Assembly: GCA_018399715.1 (NCBI GenBank)
Contig: JAGYNR010000002.1
Span: 5,687-69,686 of the forward strand
Reading direction: 5' to 3'
DNA: 64,000 nt
DNA from: Desulfobacterales bacterium
GTDB taxonomy: Bacteria > Desulfobacterota > Desulfobacteria > Desulfobacterales > SKZT01
Below, in pieces: positions 17,571-26,652 of the stretch. Every line of letters starts with the position of its first letter. Within the stretch, counting starts at the first letter, position 1. The notes under the pieces were generated by a model. That model was not told where the DNA came from. It did no database searches and worked only from the letters and a program-made list of their open reading frames with translations. Made by a program: the position numbers and the translations under genes.

Positions 17571-18326
17571 ATGATATCTTTAGATGGTGTCGTTGATACA
17601 ATTGAGTCCTTTGTCCGACAGGAAGAAATCGCTGCCCCGTTGAGATATCTTTGTGATAAGCTTCCGCCACAGGCTGATCTGTATATTGTTGGCGGGGCAT
17701 TGAGAAATATTGTTATAGAGATTGTTCACGGTTACCGCCCTGAAATCGTGGATATTGATATCATTATCGGAAGTTTAGGAAAAAACTTTTCATTTGATAA
17801 GGTGCTGGCCGGAAAGCAGTATCGGTTAACTGAATTTGGGGGCGTGCGATGGTTTCCAAAAGATTCGTCCTATTCTTTTGATCTGAGTATTCTTGAAAAT
17901 TTTTTACCCATTGAAAAATTTCATCTTGCGCCTACGCTTGAAAGTTTGATAAAAACTATTGATTTTACAGTAAATGTAATTATATACGATGTGAAAAAAA
18001 AAGTGTTGCATCAAAAAAATATTATTCATCATATTCAAAAAGCAACTGTAGGATTTAACTCAGATCAGGTTTATGACAAAATTTTGCTTGCCTATCGGTT
18101 GCTGGTAATCAGACATAAAACCGGTTTTTATGTTTCTGAGCATGCTTTCACGTTTCTCCGCAATTCTATCGGACTGGATTCTGTAAATGTCCTGATTAAA
18201 ATTTTGGAATCGAAAGTTGGGAAAAAGAGGGCTAAAAAAATAATAGATGAATATGACAGGATGTGCATGTATAAATCCTATGAAGACTATAGAAGTAAAG
18301 AGCATCTGTTAACCATCAATGCATAA
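17571..18326 (+). CDS. nucleotidyltransferase, poly(A) polymerase/CCA-adding enzyme head-domain family (head domain only)
   Basis: LYIVGGALRNIVIEIVHGYRPEIVDIDIII matches the GGxVRD...DxD class II NTase motif. I chose the start at ATG 17571; the ORF-track start at 17469 overlaps the cupin gene. Confidence 0.6.
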   Translation: MISLDGVVDTIESFVRQEEIAAPLRYLCDKLPPQADLYIVGGALRNIVIEIVHGYRPEIVDIDIIIGSLGKNFSFDKVLAGKQYRLTEFGGVRWFPKDSSYSFDLSILENFLPIEKFHLAPTLESLIKTIDFTVNVIIYDVKKKVLHQKNIIHHIQKATVGFNSDQVYDKILLAYRLLVIRHKTGFYVSEHAFTFLRNSIGLDSVNVLIKILESKVGKKRAKKIIDEYDRMCMYKSYEDYRSKEHLLTINA

Positions 18327-18337
18327 GGAACAACCCT

Positions 18338-18913
18338 ATGAACGATCAGACATTACAAAGAATTTATTTCCGGGAATTCAAAGCCATTAGCCGGGCCATT
18401 CTGATCTATGAGGATATCAATCTTCTTATCAACCATATCGTCGAACGTATATCTAAATCTTTCGGCGTAAAAGGGTGCAGTATTATGCTGTTTGATGAAC
18501 GTGAACAGCAGTTAATCAGGGTGGCTAGTTTCGGTGTCAGCCAGAGGTATCTCGATAAGGGGCCTGTTTTTGTGAATGAAAAATATAGTGCATTTGTTAC
18601 AGGTGAGCCGGTATTTATCCAGGACTTCCAAAATGATTCCAGAATTCAATATCCGGGGGAAGCAAAAAGAGAGGGTATTGTATCCATGTTGTCAGTGCCG
18701 GTTGAATATCGAAGGGTTCCTATCGGTTTGATTCGAATTTATCATCATGAAAAATGGGAGTTAAATGGTGATGACTTGGATTCCTTTACGCTTTTGGCTA
18801 TTCAGTTGGGGCTTGTGATTGAAAACAATGGTTTGAAAAATTTTTTTGAAAAAATAAAAGGTGCCATGGAAACAGTACCATTGCGGATGCTGAAGGGTCT
18901 CTATCATCAATGA
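18338..18913 (+). CDS. stand-alone GAF-domain protein
   Basis: A 191-aa protein with the GAF-like pattern (INHIVERISKSFGVKGCSIMLFDEREQQLIRVASFG ... SMLSVPVEYRRVPIGLIRIYH). Its stop overlaps the next ATG (ATGA). Confidence 0.7.
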   Translation: MNDQTLQRIYFREFKAISRAILIYEDINLLINHIVERISKSFGVKGCSIMLFDEREQQLIRVASFGVSQRYLDKGPVFVNEKYSAFVTGEPVFIQDFQNDSRIQYPGEAKREGIVSMLSVPVEYRRVPIGLIRIYHHEKWELNGDDLDSFTLLAIQLGLVIENNGLKNFFEKIKGAMETVPLRMLKGLYHQ

Positions 18914-19812
18914 AAAAAAGTTTTACCGATACTTCCGACTTTTTTGCGATTGATTGCGGTGATCAAATTGTTGTGGGAGGAAAGCGATATGAGGTTATCG
19001 GTCATGAAAAAGAAAGGCGTTTTGGTATAGATGACCCCAAATTCTGGGTCAAAAGAGCGGGAGTTCTGGAAACCGGGGAGAAAAAAATTATCAAGCTCTC
19101 TTATTTCGAATCCTTTGTAACGACTGTGGGGGGCGTAAAAATCCGATGTTTTCGAAATCCTGAAAAAGAAGCCAAGATTTTAGATTTAGTAAAAGGCAAC
19201 CCCCATTTCATGCAAGGGGAATGGTACCATGACGAAAAGGGAAATAATATCCGAATCCTGGATATTGTTCGGGGACAAAATTTTTTTGTATATGTGGGGT
19301 CTTTGAATATGGACCACAGAACCTATTTTTATCGTGTACTGCCTGATATTTTAAAAAAACTGGTTAACGCATTTGAGGATATCCGGTTTCTTCATCTAAA
19401 TGGGCTCCGCCATGGTGACATTCGAAACGATCATATCATTATTGAAAGGTCAACCGGAAATTATGTGTGGATTGACTTCGATTATGATTTTGAGGCGACA
19501 GAAAATCCGTTCAGTCTGGATATTTTTGGTGCCGGTAACCTTTTAATATATGCAGTGGGCAAGGGCTTTCATAATCTTTATGCCATAGATGCCGACAGGG
19601 ATATCTATGGGGATTTGATTGACCGGTTAACAACCAGGGATTTTTCAATTCTGGATAAATGGCGCTTTGTGAATTTACAAAAATTTTTCCCCTATATTCC
19701 GAAAAAGCTAAATGATGTGCTCATGCATTTTTCGCGGGAAACAGATGTATATTATGAAATGATGGATGAAATTATAGAAGATTTAAACCGGTGTCTTTGC
19801 ACTGTTTTTTAA
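18910..19812 (+). CDS. atypical protein-kinase-like protein
   Basis: Catalytic-loop-like LRHGDIRNDHIII and DFD-type WIDFDYDF. I saw no Gly-rich loop. It is translationally coupled to the GAF gene. Confidence 0.6.
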   Translation: MKKSFTDTSDFFAIDCGDQIVVGGKRYEVIGHEKERRFGIDDPKFWVKRAGVLETGEKKIIKLSYFESFVTTVGGVKIRCFRNPEKEAKILDLVKGNPHFMQGEWYHDEKGNNIRILDIVRGQNFFVYVGSLNMDHRTYFYRVLPDILKKLVNAFEDIRFLHLNGLRHGDIRNDHIIIERSTGNYVWIDFDYDFEATENPFSLDIFGAGNLLIYAVGKGFHNLYAIDADRDIYGDLIDRLTTRDFSILDKWRFVNLQKFFPYIPKKLNDVLMHFSRETDVYYEMMDEIIEDLNRCLCTVF

Positions 19813-19828
19813 GGTAAGAGAGGCAATT

Positions 19829-20275
19829 GTGGACAAATCAATCCTGGTAGCATTAAAAAATTCATTAAGCTCCAAAGCGGTTTTGGATTTTTTGATTTTC
19901 TTGCCGTTTTGTACGGATGATCTGAAGGTCACCCTTCTGAATGTTTTCCGAAAACCATCGGTCAGTGAGGAACTGATGGGTGAGGACTATAGCCGGGAAG
20001 AACCATCCAGACTGATGAATTTTTTGGAAAAAGCGCGGGATAAACTGGTGGAAAACGGATATTCGGCAGACAATATTCGGATAAATCTGGTCACCGAACC
20101 TTATCCGACCATTACCGAAGGAATCCTCGATCAGTTCAACAAGGGGAAATATTCCATGGTCGTCATTGGCCGAAGAAAAAAAACAAAGTCTGAAGAATTT
20201 GTCATGGGAGACGTAAGTGTCAAACTGGTTCGCGCGTTGGAGGCCGCTGCTGTGATGGTTGTCAAATCCGGGTAA
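19829..20275 (+). CDS. universal stress protein (UspA) family
   Basis: A 148-aa protein with a GTG start. C-terminal MVVIGRRKK...FVMGDVSVKLVRALEAAAVMVV fits the USP ATP-binding tail pattern (G-2x-G-9x-G(S/T)-like). Confidence 0.7.
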   Translation: MDKSILVALKNSLSSKAVLDFLIFLPFCTDDLKVTLLNVFRKPSVSEELMGEDYSREEPSRLMNFLEKARDKLVENGYSADNIRINLVTEPYPTITEGILDQFNKGKYSMVVIGRRKKTKSEEFVMGDVSVKLVRALEAAAVMVVKSG

Positions 20276-20284
20276 TAAACCTCC

Positions 20285-21358
20285 TTATTTCCGGGCTGAC
20301 GGGAAACCGGTTTTATCTACAATCTGAACTACTTGTGAAGCAGGTACAATCTGAACACTTTTTTTTATTTCCGGCAGCATTTCTTGAAGAACAGATAAAG
20401 TAACATTATACGGATGGGCGATACCGACAGCTTCACCATGTTTTTGAGCTATTTGGACCAATTGATGCATTTGCCTGCGAATAAAGGGACTTTCCTGCTG
20501 ATGATCAATAAAGATATCACGTTGTGCAAAAGGTAACCGTAAAAGACGCGCTGAAGATTTGCATACACTAAGGGGTGTGGTAAAGCTGTCGATAAAAAAG
20601 AGGTTTCTTTTTTTTAAGATGGAAAAAACCTGATACATTTTCGTGCTTTCGGTCGTCAGACGGGATCCCATGTGGCTGTTTACCCCAATAGCATCTGGAA
20701 TAACGTCCAAATCTTTTCTTAATTGTTCGATCAGACAGTCAGGTGACATGGAAGTGAGCAGTGCACCGGGACCTGGATCAATTTGTGGATATTCATTGGG
20801 CTCCATGGGCAGATGCACCATGAGTTCTCTGCCTTCTTTTCTGGCGGCCTCTGCGATTTTTTTCTGAAATGGTGTGTGGGGGATAATGGCAAACGTCAGG
20901 TTGGAATCTAACTGCAAAAATTTTTGAGCAATAAATGGATCATAACCCAGGTCGTCAATAATAATTGCGACTTTAGGAAAATCCGGACGAGGAATTTTCT
21001 CCGGCTTTATCGGCTTTGGTTCCGGGGACGGAAAAACCTCAAAAACCGGCGGCTTTTTTTTCAAAACAGGGGCGGTCGGAGAAGAAAGCCGGGAAGCCTG
21101 TTTTTTGGGAGATTCAGCGGTATGTGGAGTTTTTTCTTTTTTCGTAACCAGCGGGGAGATACTTTCCTTTCGGGATATCATCTGATGCGTTATATATCCT
21201 GCTGTTACCACGAGTATCAATAAAACAATTAGCCCGACACCGGACTTCAGCAAATATGATTTAATAGAAGTCCTTTTGTCGGGCTGTTTTCTTGGCTTTT
21301 TCGGAGAGCCGCCTTTTTTGCGCATCGACTTAATTTTGGACTGTTTTGAAGATGTCAT
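20285..21358 (-). CDS. divergent polysaccharide deacetylase (YibQ-like) with N-terminal TM anchor
   Basis: VAIIIDDLGYD ... FAIIPHTPF ... HLPMEP ... GVNSHMGS is the YibQ-family pattern. The start is uncertain: Met1 at 21358 overlaps the ctp stop by 29 nt, and Met12 at 21325 does not overlap. Confidence 0.8.
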   Translation of the reverse strand: MTSSKQSKIKSMRKKGGSPKKPRKQPDKRTSIKSYLLKSGVGLIVLLILVVTAGYITHQMISRKESISPLVTKKEKTPHTAESPKKQASRLSSPTAPVLKKKPPVFEVFPSPEPKPIKPEKIPRPDFPKVAIIIDDLGYDPFIAQKFLQLDSNLTFAIIPHTPFQKKIAEAARKEGRELMVHLPMEPNEYPQIDPGPGALLTSMSPDCLIEQLRKDLDVIPDAIGVNSHMGSRLTTESTKMYQVFSILKKRNLFFIDSFTTPLSVCKSSARLLRLPFAQRDIFIDHQQESPFIRRQMHQLVQIAQKHGEAVGIAHPYNVTLSVLQEMLPEIKKSVQIVPASQVVQIVDKTGFPSARK

Positions 21359-22715
21359 AGCCGATCAGCATATCGAGCGCCCGCATCACCTGATTGTCAG
21401 CTTTAAGTTGTTCTAACTTCAGTGGACCGTGGCGTGTTTCGAGATTGCGAATATCGGGGGTATCTGGTCTTTTTTTATGGTTCCCCGATTCCTTTTCGGA
21501 TTCGTTGTCTTTGTCATTATTAAAAAAATTATTGGGTTCTGCACCCAGATGATTTTTCAGATCTTTTTCCTTAATTCTTTTTTTGTCGGTTTTTAATTTC
21601 TGGTCCAGATACCGGTGCAAAACGACAATGTCCGGATGAATCCCTTCCGCCTGAATGGATTTACCCATGGGTGTGTAATATCTGGCAATCGTATATTTTA
21701 ATCCATATCCATCCCGTAAAGATTCCACTGTTTGTACGGAACCTTTCCCAAAAGAAACAGTTCCCAGAATCAGTGCCCGCTTGTTGTCCTGAAGAGCCCC
21801 GGCAACAATTTCGGATGCGCTGGCACTACCCCCGTTTATCAGTACCACCATCGGAAAAGACGTATAACTGACATTTGAGTTTGCATTATAGGTTTTTATG
21901 GACGCTTCTCCTCTTCCTTTTATTGAAACAATGTCTCCGCTGTCCAAAAACAAATCCGATACGCTGACAGCCTGGTTGAGCAATCCACCAGGATTGTCTC
22001 TGAGATCTAAAATTAATCCTTTGAGCGGCGTTTTATTGGATTTAAAGTCTTCTAAAGCGGCAATTAAATCGTCAGTAGTGTTGTCCCTGAAATTGGTCAG
22101 CCAGATATAACCGAAACCTGGTTCGATCATAATAGCTTTGACACTTTCAATTGGAATTGTGTCCCGTACAAGAGGAAAATCAATCGGTTCAGATTCACCT
22201 TCCCGTAAAATCGTAATGGTTACCCTGGTTCCTTCCTCTCCCCGCATTTTGCTGACGGCTTCCCACAATTCCATGTCCTGGGTTGGTTCACCGTCGACCT
22301 TAATAATCCTATCCATGGCCTGAATTCCGGCTTGGTAGGCAGGAGTTCCCTCAATGGGAGATACTACTGTTAAAATACCATCTTTCATGGTAATAACAAT
22401 ACCAATTCCCCCGAATTCTCCGTGGGTGTCTACCTGAAGCTCCTCGAAAGCCTTCGGAGGCAGAAAAGAAGAATGGGGATCCAGGCTGCGGACCATTCCT
22501 TGAATCGCTTTTTGAATCAGCTCCTCTTTGTCTACAGTTTCAACATAGTTTTTTTCGATCAGCCGGATAACATCGGTAAAAAGCTTAAGATTTTTATAGC
22601 CCTCGTCTCCATTAGCCAGGTTATCACGGTAGAAATTTAAGCCGGCCATCCAGAATAACATTGCAATACAGATAGTTAAAAAGAACTTAAAAAACCGATT
22701 TGTATGATTTGCCAT
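21330..22715 (-). CDS. ctpA: S41-family carboxyl-terminal processing protease
   Basis: PDZ segment (GGIGIVI...GTPAYQAGIQAMDRIIKVDG) and S41 catalytic region (LILDLRDNPGGLL...VLINGGSASASEIVAGALQD). N-terminal TM anchor. Confidence 0.9.
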   Translation of the reverse strand: MANHTNRFFKFFLTICIAMLFWMAGLNFYRDNLANGDEGYKNLKLFTDVIRLIEKNYVETVDKEELIQKAIQGMVRSLDPHSSFLPPKAFEELQVDTHGEFGGIGIVITMKDGILTVVSPIEGTPAYQAGIQAMDRIIKVDGEPTQDMELWEAVSKMRGEEGTRVTITILREGESEPIDFPLVRDTIPIESVKAIMIEPGFGYIWLTNFRDNTTDDLIAALEDFKSNKTPLKGLILDLRDNPGGLLNQAVSVSDLFLDSGDIVSIKGRGEASIKTYNANSNVSYTSFPMVVLINGGSASASEIVAGALQDNKRALILGTVSFGKGSVQTVESLRDGYGLKYTIARYYTPMGKSIQAEGIHPDIVVLHRYLDQKLKTDKKRIKEKDLKNHLGAEPNNFFNNDKDNESEKESGNHKKRPDTPDIRNLETRHGPLKLEQLKADNQVMRALDMLIGYDIFKTVQN

Positions 22716-22729
22716 ATCCTCTCCTTAGT

Positions 22730-24145
22730 TTATCCTTTGTTGATCCATTCTCCCGGATCAATCGGTTTGCCATGGTGGCGAACTTCAAAATAAAGTTTGG
22801 GCCCGGATATGGACCCCGTGTCCCCGACTGTCGCAATGACCTCTCTGGATTTCACCCTATCTCCTTTTGCCTTGAACAATTCCTGGGCATGAGCATATAC
22901 AGTATAAAAATGAAAACCATGGTCGATGATAATCATATTGCCGTAAGTTTTAAACCAGGACGAAAAGATTATTTTGCCATCACTTACGGCATGTATGGGT
23001 TCTCCCATTTCGGCCTGAATGTTAATGCCATTTGAAAAATGGTCCACATCCAGCTTTTTATCCCGGTAAGGTCCGAAACCTAAAATAATTTTACCGTTGA
23101 CCGGCAATTTAAGCAACCCCTTAAAGGCACTAAAATGTCTTTCAGGTTGGTATACATCGCCTTTTGACGTTATGGGGTGCTGTTCGATGTGCTTTATTTT
23201 TTCTTCTATAAAAGTTGCAGCCTGTTCGAATGCCTTCAATGCAAACAGTTTCAGCGATTTTTCACTCTGTATTGCTGCAAGCAGTTGAGCGCGGTTTTCT
23301 TTTTCTTGGGATAATTTATTGATTTCAGCACTGAGCTTTTGTTCCACTGCTTGTTTTGTATTTCGCTGAAATGCCAACTGATCCGTTAGCTCCTGAAGAT
23401 ATGCCTGCTCCGAAAGAAGCTGGTTTCGTACAGCTTCATCGTGAACAAAGATCATTTCTAGTGCCTGATTTCTGAAAAACATATCAGAGAGAGACTTCGC
23501 AGAAACAAGAACCGATAAGGTATCGAGCTGGTTCATTTTGTAGAGTGCGGTTAACCGTTTTTTGGCATAATCATACAGTAATGTTATCCTGTTTGAGATA
23601 TCGTGCGTCAGTCGATGGTTTTCTGCAATCCTTTCATCCAGTACTGACAGCTCATCTTGTAGATTTGAAATCCGACTTCTTTCTGCCATTATTTTTTGTT
23701 CGATGATATCCAGTCTTTCAAGAACTGATTGTTCTTTTTCTGTAACCCTTTTAATTTCATCCTTGCTTTGTACAATTTTTTTTCCGATCGCTTCGGATGT
23801 CTCCTCGAGCTGGGCTGCATTTCCCTCATTTTCAGAAATATCATTGATAGTCAGCACATGAAGAAACCTCGGAGAATTCCGGACATAGCCGGTTACGTCA
23901 TCTTGACGAACTTTAAGCCAATCTCCTTTTTTTTCAATGATTTGTACCTGATTTCCCCGAATCAGAACTTTAATCGGCGCTGCTTTTATACCGGGTTGAG
24001 GCCGCAAATTCAACCGGTCAACGGTTATAATCCCAACATCTGCATATGCCTGCCCGATAACCCAACAAACAGCTATGAACAAAAATCCTGAAGTTATACC
24101 TATTTCCTTAAAAATTGTTTTAAAGAAAGGTAACATCCCAACCAT
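22730..24145 (-). CDS. EnvC-like murein hydrolase activator: SH3b plus coiled coil plus M23 (LytM) peptidase domain
   Basis: SH3b (VDRLNLRPQPG...GDWLKVRQDDVTGYV), a long coiled coil, and a C-terminal M23 pattern (GINIQAEMGEPIHAVSDGKIIFS...GNMIIIDHG..YTVYAH...GDTG...LYFEVRH). It lies downstream of ftsEX. The start is ATG 24145 or ATG 24136, and it overlaps the ftsX 3' end. Confidence 0.85.
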   Translation of the reverse strand: MVGMLPFFKTIFKEIGITSGFLFIAVCWVIGQAYADVGIITVDRLNLRPQPGIKAAPIKVLIRGNQVQIIEKKGDWLKVRQDDVTGYVRNSPRFLHVLTINDISENEGNAAQLEETSEAIGKKIVQSKDEIKRVTEKEQSVLERLDIIEQKIMAERSRISNLQDELSVLDERIAENHRLTHDISNRITLLYDYAKKRLTALYKMNQLDTLSVLVSAKSLSDMFFRNQALEMIFVHDEAVRNQLLSEQAYLQELTDQLAFQRNTKQAVEQKLSAEINKLSQEKENRAQLLAAIQSEKSLKLFALKAFEQAATFIEEKIKHIEQHPITSKGDVYQPERHFSAFKGLLKLPVNGKIILGFGPYRDKKLDVDHFSNGINIQAEMGEPIHAVSDGKIIFSSWFKTYGNMIIIDHGFHFYTVYAHAQELFKAKGDRVKSREVIATVGDTGSISGPKLYFEVRHHGKPIDPGEWINKG

Positions 24146-24984
24146 CCTAAAATCATACTTGCGATCATAATGCTCAAACAGGTGTTCATAGAAAGAAAAT
24201 GAATATTGATAAACGATAATCCTTGTTGATCAGAAGTATTCAGATATTGATATCCAAAATAAAGTACCATCATTCCCGCAAAGGCGCCAAGCCCTCCTTG
24301 TATGATTGCTTGAATATAAAAAGGCGTCTTGATAAACCATTCCGATGCTCCTACCAGGCGCATGATTTCGAGTTCATCCTGACGGGCATAAAGTACCAGG
24401 CGAATTGTGTTGGCAATAATAAAAATGCCGGCCATGACAAAGAGACCTGCAGTAGCAAGTCCGACCAAACGAAACAGGTCGAAAACAGCGGAAAACCTTT
24501 CGATCCATTTTTGCCCGTACTCTACCTGTTGCACACCCGGTATTGATTCGATTTTCAGGGCAACAGCCTCGATTTCATCCAGATCGGGTCCCTTTCTTCG
24601 GAAATTTGAAGCTACTTGAACATCGAATGCATCAGGCAGTGGATTTTCCTTTAGATTGTCCAGTAATGAACCCTGTCGATTCAATTGCTTTCTTAAGATT
24701 GCCAGTGCCTCTTCTTTTGAAATAAACCGAACCTTGTTGACCAGATTGATTTCCTGGATATTTTTTTTTACTTTGGAAAAATCGATGGCGTTTGTGCCTG
24801 GTTGAAGATATACCATTATCCGAATGCCACTTTTCCAGTCACTGATAGCCCCGGCGGCATTATCCAAAAAAAGTAAAAATGTGCTGATAATTAAAATAAT
24901 TAACCCGATAATCACAATCGTGATAGAACTGACGAAACTATTTTCCAGAATATCTTTAAAAGCTCTTTTGACAAAGAGAAACAT
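24100..24984 (-). CDS. ftsX: cell-division ABC transporter permease FtsX
   Basis: A 294-aa protein with four TM segments and a large first periplasmic loop, immediately downstream of ftsE. It has an FtsX-like C-terminal helix bundle (IMRLVGASEWFIKTPFYIQAIIQG). Confidence 0.88.
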   Translation of the reverse strand: MFLFVKRAFKDILENSFVSSITIVIIGLIILIISTFLLFLDNAAGAISDWKSGIRIMVYLQPGTNAIDFSKVKKNIQEINLVNKVRFISKEEALAILRKQLNRQGSLLDNLKENPLPDAFDVQVASNFRRKGPDLDEIEAVALKIESIPGVQQVEYGQKWIERFSAVFDLFRLVGLATAGLFVMAGIFIIANTIRLVLYARQDELEIMRLVGASEWFIKTPFYIQAIIQGGLGAFAGMMVLYFGYQYLNTSDQQGLSFINIHFLSMNTCLSIMIASMILGWLGCYLSLKQFLRK

Positions 24985-24987
24985 CTC

Positions 24988-25695
24988 TTAAAAGTCCCTT
25001 ATGGGTTCATGCCAGGTAATCGCTTGAACCTTGCCGTCTTTCAAATGTACAACGCGGCCGCCGGTTTTTCGGATTAACTCCAAATTGTGGGTAGCCAGGA
25101 TGACGGTAGCACCCCGAATGTAGAACTGGATAAGCAGTTTAAGGACAATTCCGGCAGATTGGATATCCAGATTTCCAGTAGGCTCATCGGCAAGTATAAT
25201 TTTCGGATCCGTTGCCAATGCTCTGGCTACCGCAACCCGCTGCTGCTCACCTCCGGAAAGACTAGGGGGGTACATATCGATCCGGTCTTCCATACCGACG
25301 GTCCTTAACACGCTGCGAATTTTTTGGGGAATAATCCGTCCTTTTTTTCCTGTAGCTTCGAGCACCAACGCAATGTTATGATAAACTGTTTTTTGAGGAA
25401 TCAGTTTATAATCCTGAAATATAATACCAAATTTTCGTCTGAATAAAGGGATTTTCTTTTTGGAAATGCGGGCAATGTTAACACCGTCCACCAGGATTTG
25501 TCCCTGGCTGGCGTACTGGCCTAAATACAAAAGTTTTAAAAGGGTTGTTTTACCTGCACCGCTGGGTCCACTGATAAACAGAAACTCGTTTTGTGCTACA
25601 TCAACAGTAATATCCACCAAGGCGTTTTTATCGCTATAGGTTTTATAAACATGAAAAAGACGGATAATTGAACTTTTTTTTTGTAGGTTGACCAT
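24988..25695 (-). CDS. ftsE: cell-division ATP-binding protein FtsE
   Basis: Walker A GPSGAGKTT, ABC signature LSGGEQQRVAVARAL, Walker B ILADEPTGNLD. The length and its position upstream of ftsX fit. Confidence 0.92.
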   Translation of the reverse strand: MVNLQKKSSIIRLFHVYKTYSDKNALVDITVDVAQNEFLFISGPSGAGKTTLLKLLYLGQYASQGQILVDGVNIARISKKKIPLFRRKFGIIFQDYKLIPQKTVYHNIALVLEATGKKGRIIPQKIRSVLRTVGMEDRIDMYPPSLSGGEQQRVAVARALATDPKIILADEPTGNLDIQSAGIVLKLLIQFYIRGATVILATHNLELIRKTGGRVVHLKDGKVQAITWHEPIRDF

Positions 25696-25797
25696 CTATT
25701 CTTTCACTGAGGTCCGGCTATCCTTGAGGCGAATATTTTAGTTCCTGTCAATTGTTTTTAGATTGACCCTCTTCTGTTTTACTGGTATATCGTGAAA

Positions 25798-25895
25798 CAA
25801 AAAAAATCAAGGAGTGCTGTTTCCAGTTTTCCTTGTTTTACCTCCGCTAAGATCCCATCAACTTAGACTTCTTCTATCTCAGTGGAGGTTTTTTT
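25798..25895 (+). ncRNA. candidate small RNA (orphan promoter plus intrinsic terminator)
   Basis: TTGACC (25763-25768), 17 nt, then TATATC (25786-25791). About 50 nt downstream is a 13-bp stem CCTCCGCTAAGAT (25841-25853) / ATCTCAGTGGAGG (25876-25888; one G-U pair, one mismatch), followed by TTTTTTT (25889-25895). There is no co-directional ORF, and AAGGAG at 25809 has no start codon at a usable distance. Confidence 0.3.
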
Positions 25896-25950
25896 ATTTA
25901 GAGAAAGGAAATACCGGTTTCCATGATAAATTATTAAATAATTTTAAATG

Positions 25951-26394
25951 TCAATGATTCGTATTTGTGTCGGGATCGGAAATTTCTGGCACAGGAATTT
26001 TTGTAAACTTGACACCCTCTTTTTTCAGTAGTTTTTCTTCTGTTTCAGTGCTTACACCTCGAATATTTCTGGCTTCTGATACACCGTAATGGATTTTTAA
26101 CGCTTCTTTGGCAAAATCTACTCCTACATTTTCGAAATTATTTTCAACAAACTTGATAACTTGCTGTTTTAAAATTTCCATCTCATTGGCTGGTTCAACT
26201 TTATTTTTATCGGTATTTTTATCTGGTGGTGAAGATTTTATACCGAAAGTGGATGGCACCTGCTCAATGTTTTTATCGTCACACAAGGGACAAGCAATAA
26301 AGCCTCCATCCATTTGCTGTTGATAAGAGGTGATACTCTTAAACCAGCCTTCAAATATATGGCCGTTGCTGCATTTTAAATCGAAAACAATCAT
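25951..26394 (-). CDS. DUF1178-family zinc-ribbon protein
   Basis: MIVFDLKCSNGHIFEGWFKS...FIACPLCDD is the DUF1178 N-terminal signature. I chose the start at ATG 26392-26394; the upstream extension to 26511 shows no resemblance to the family. Confidence 0.75.
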   Translation of the reverse strand: MIVFDLKCSNGHIFEGWFKSITSYQQQMDGGFIACPLCDDKNIEQVPSTFGIKSSPPDKNTDKNKVEPANEMEILKQQVIKFVENNFENVGVDFAKEALKIHYGVSEARNIRGVSTETEEKLLKKEGVKFTKIPVPEISDPDTNTNH

Positions 26395-26551
26395 GAGAAT
26401 TCCTGTTTCAATTTTCAGCACTGTTAAATGACTGTATATTGCCTGGCTATCAAAAGATATCCCAAAAGGCAGCCTTCCGATGATTCCTCCATATCGATTC
26501 ATCCTTAACATATTTTAATTAACACAGGTATCATAAATTTTAAAGAAATTA

Positions 26552-26580
26552 TTGACATATTCGCCGTGAGCGCTCAAAAT
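26552..26580 (+). promoter_or_regulatory. sigma70-type promoter candidate for the SH3-protein/nadB unit
   Basis: TTGACA (26552-26557), a 17-nt spacer, then CAAAAT (26575-26580), about 70 nt upstream of ATG 26653. Confidence 0.35.
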
Positions 26581-26652
26581 AACTAATTTTTTAAATATTG
26601 GGTTCAAAGCTTTTCGGATATTGACGGCATATAAAGACGGAGAAGTTAATCC

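Noticed and set aside
26395-26511. Upstream extension of the DUF1178 gene.
   Set aside because: The family signature starts at MIVFDLKCSNGH (ATG 26394), and the extension has no similarity to it.
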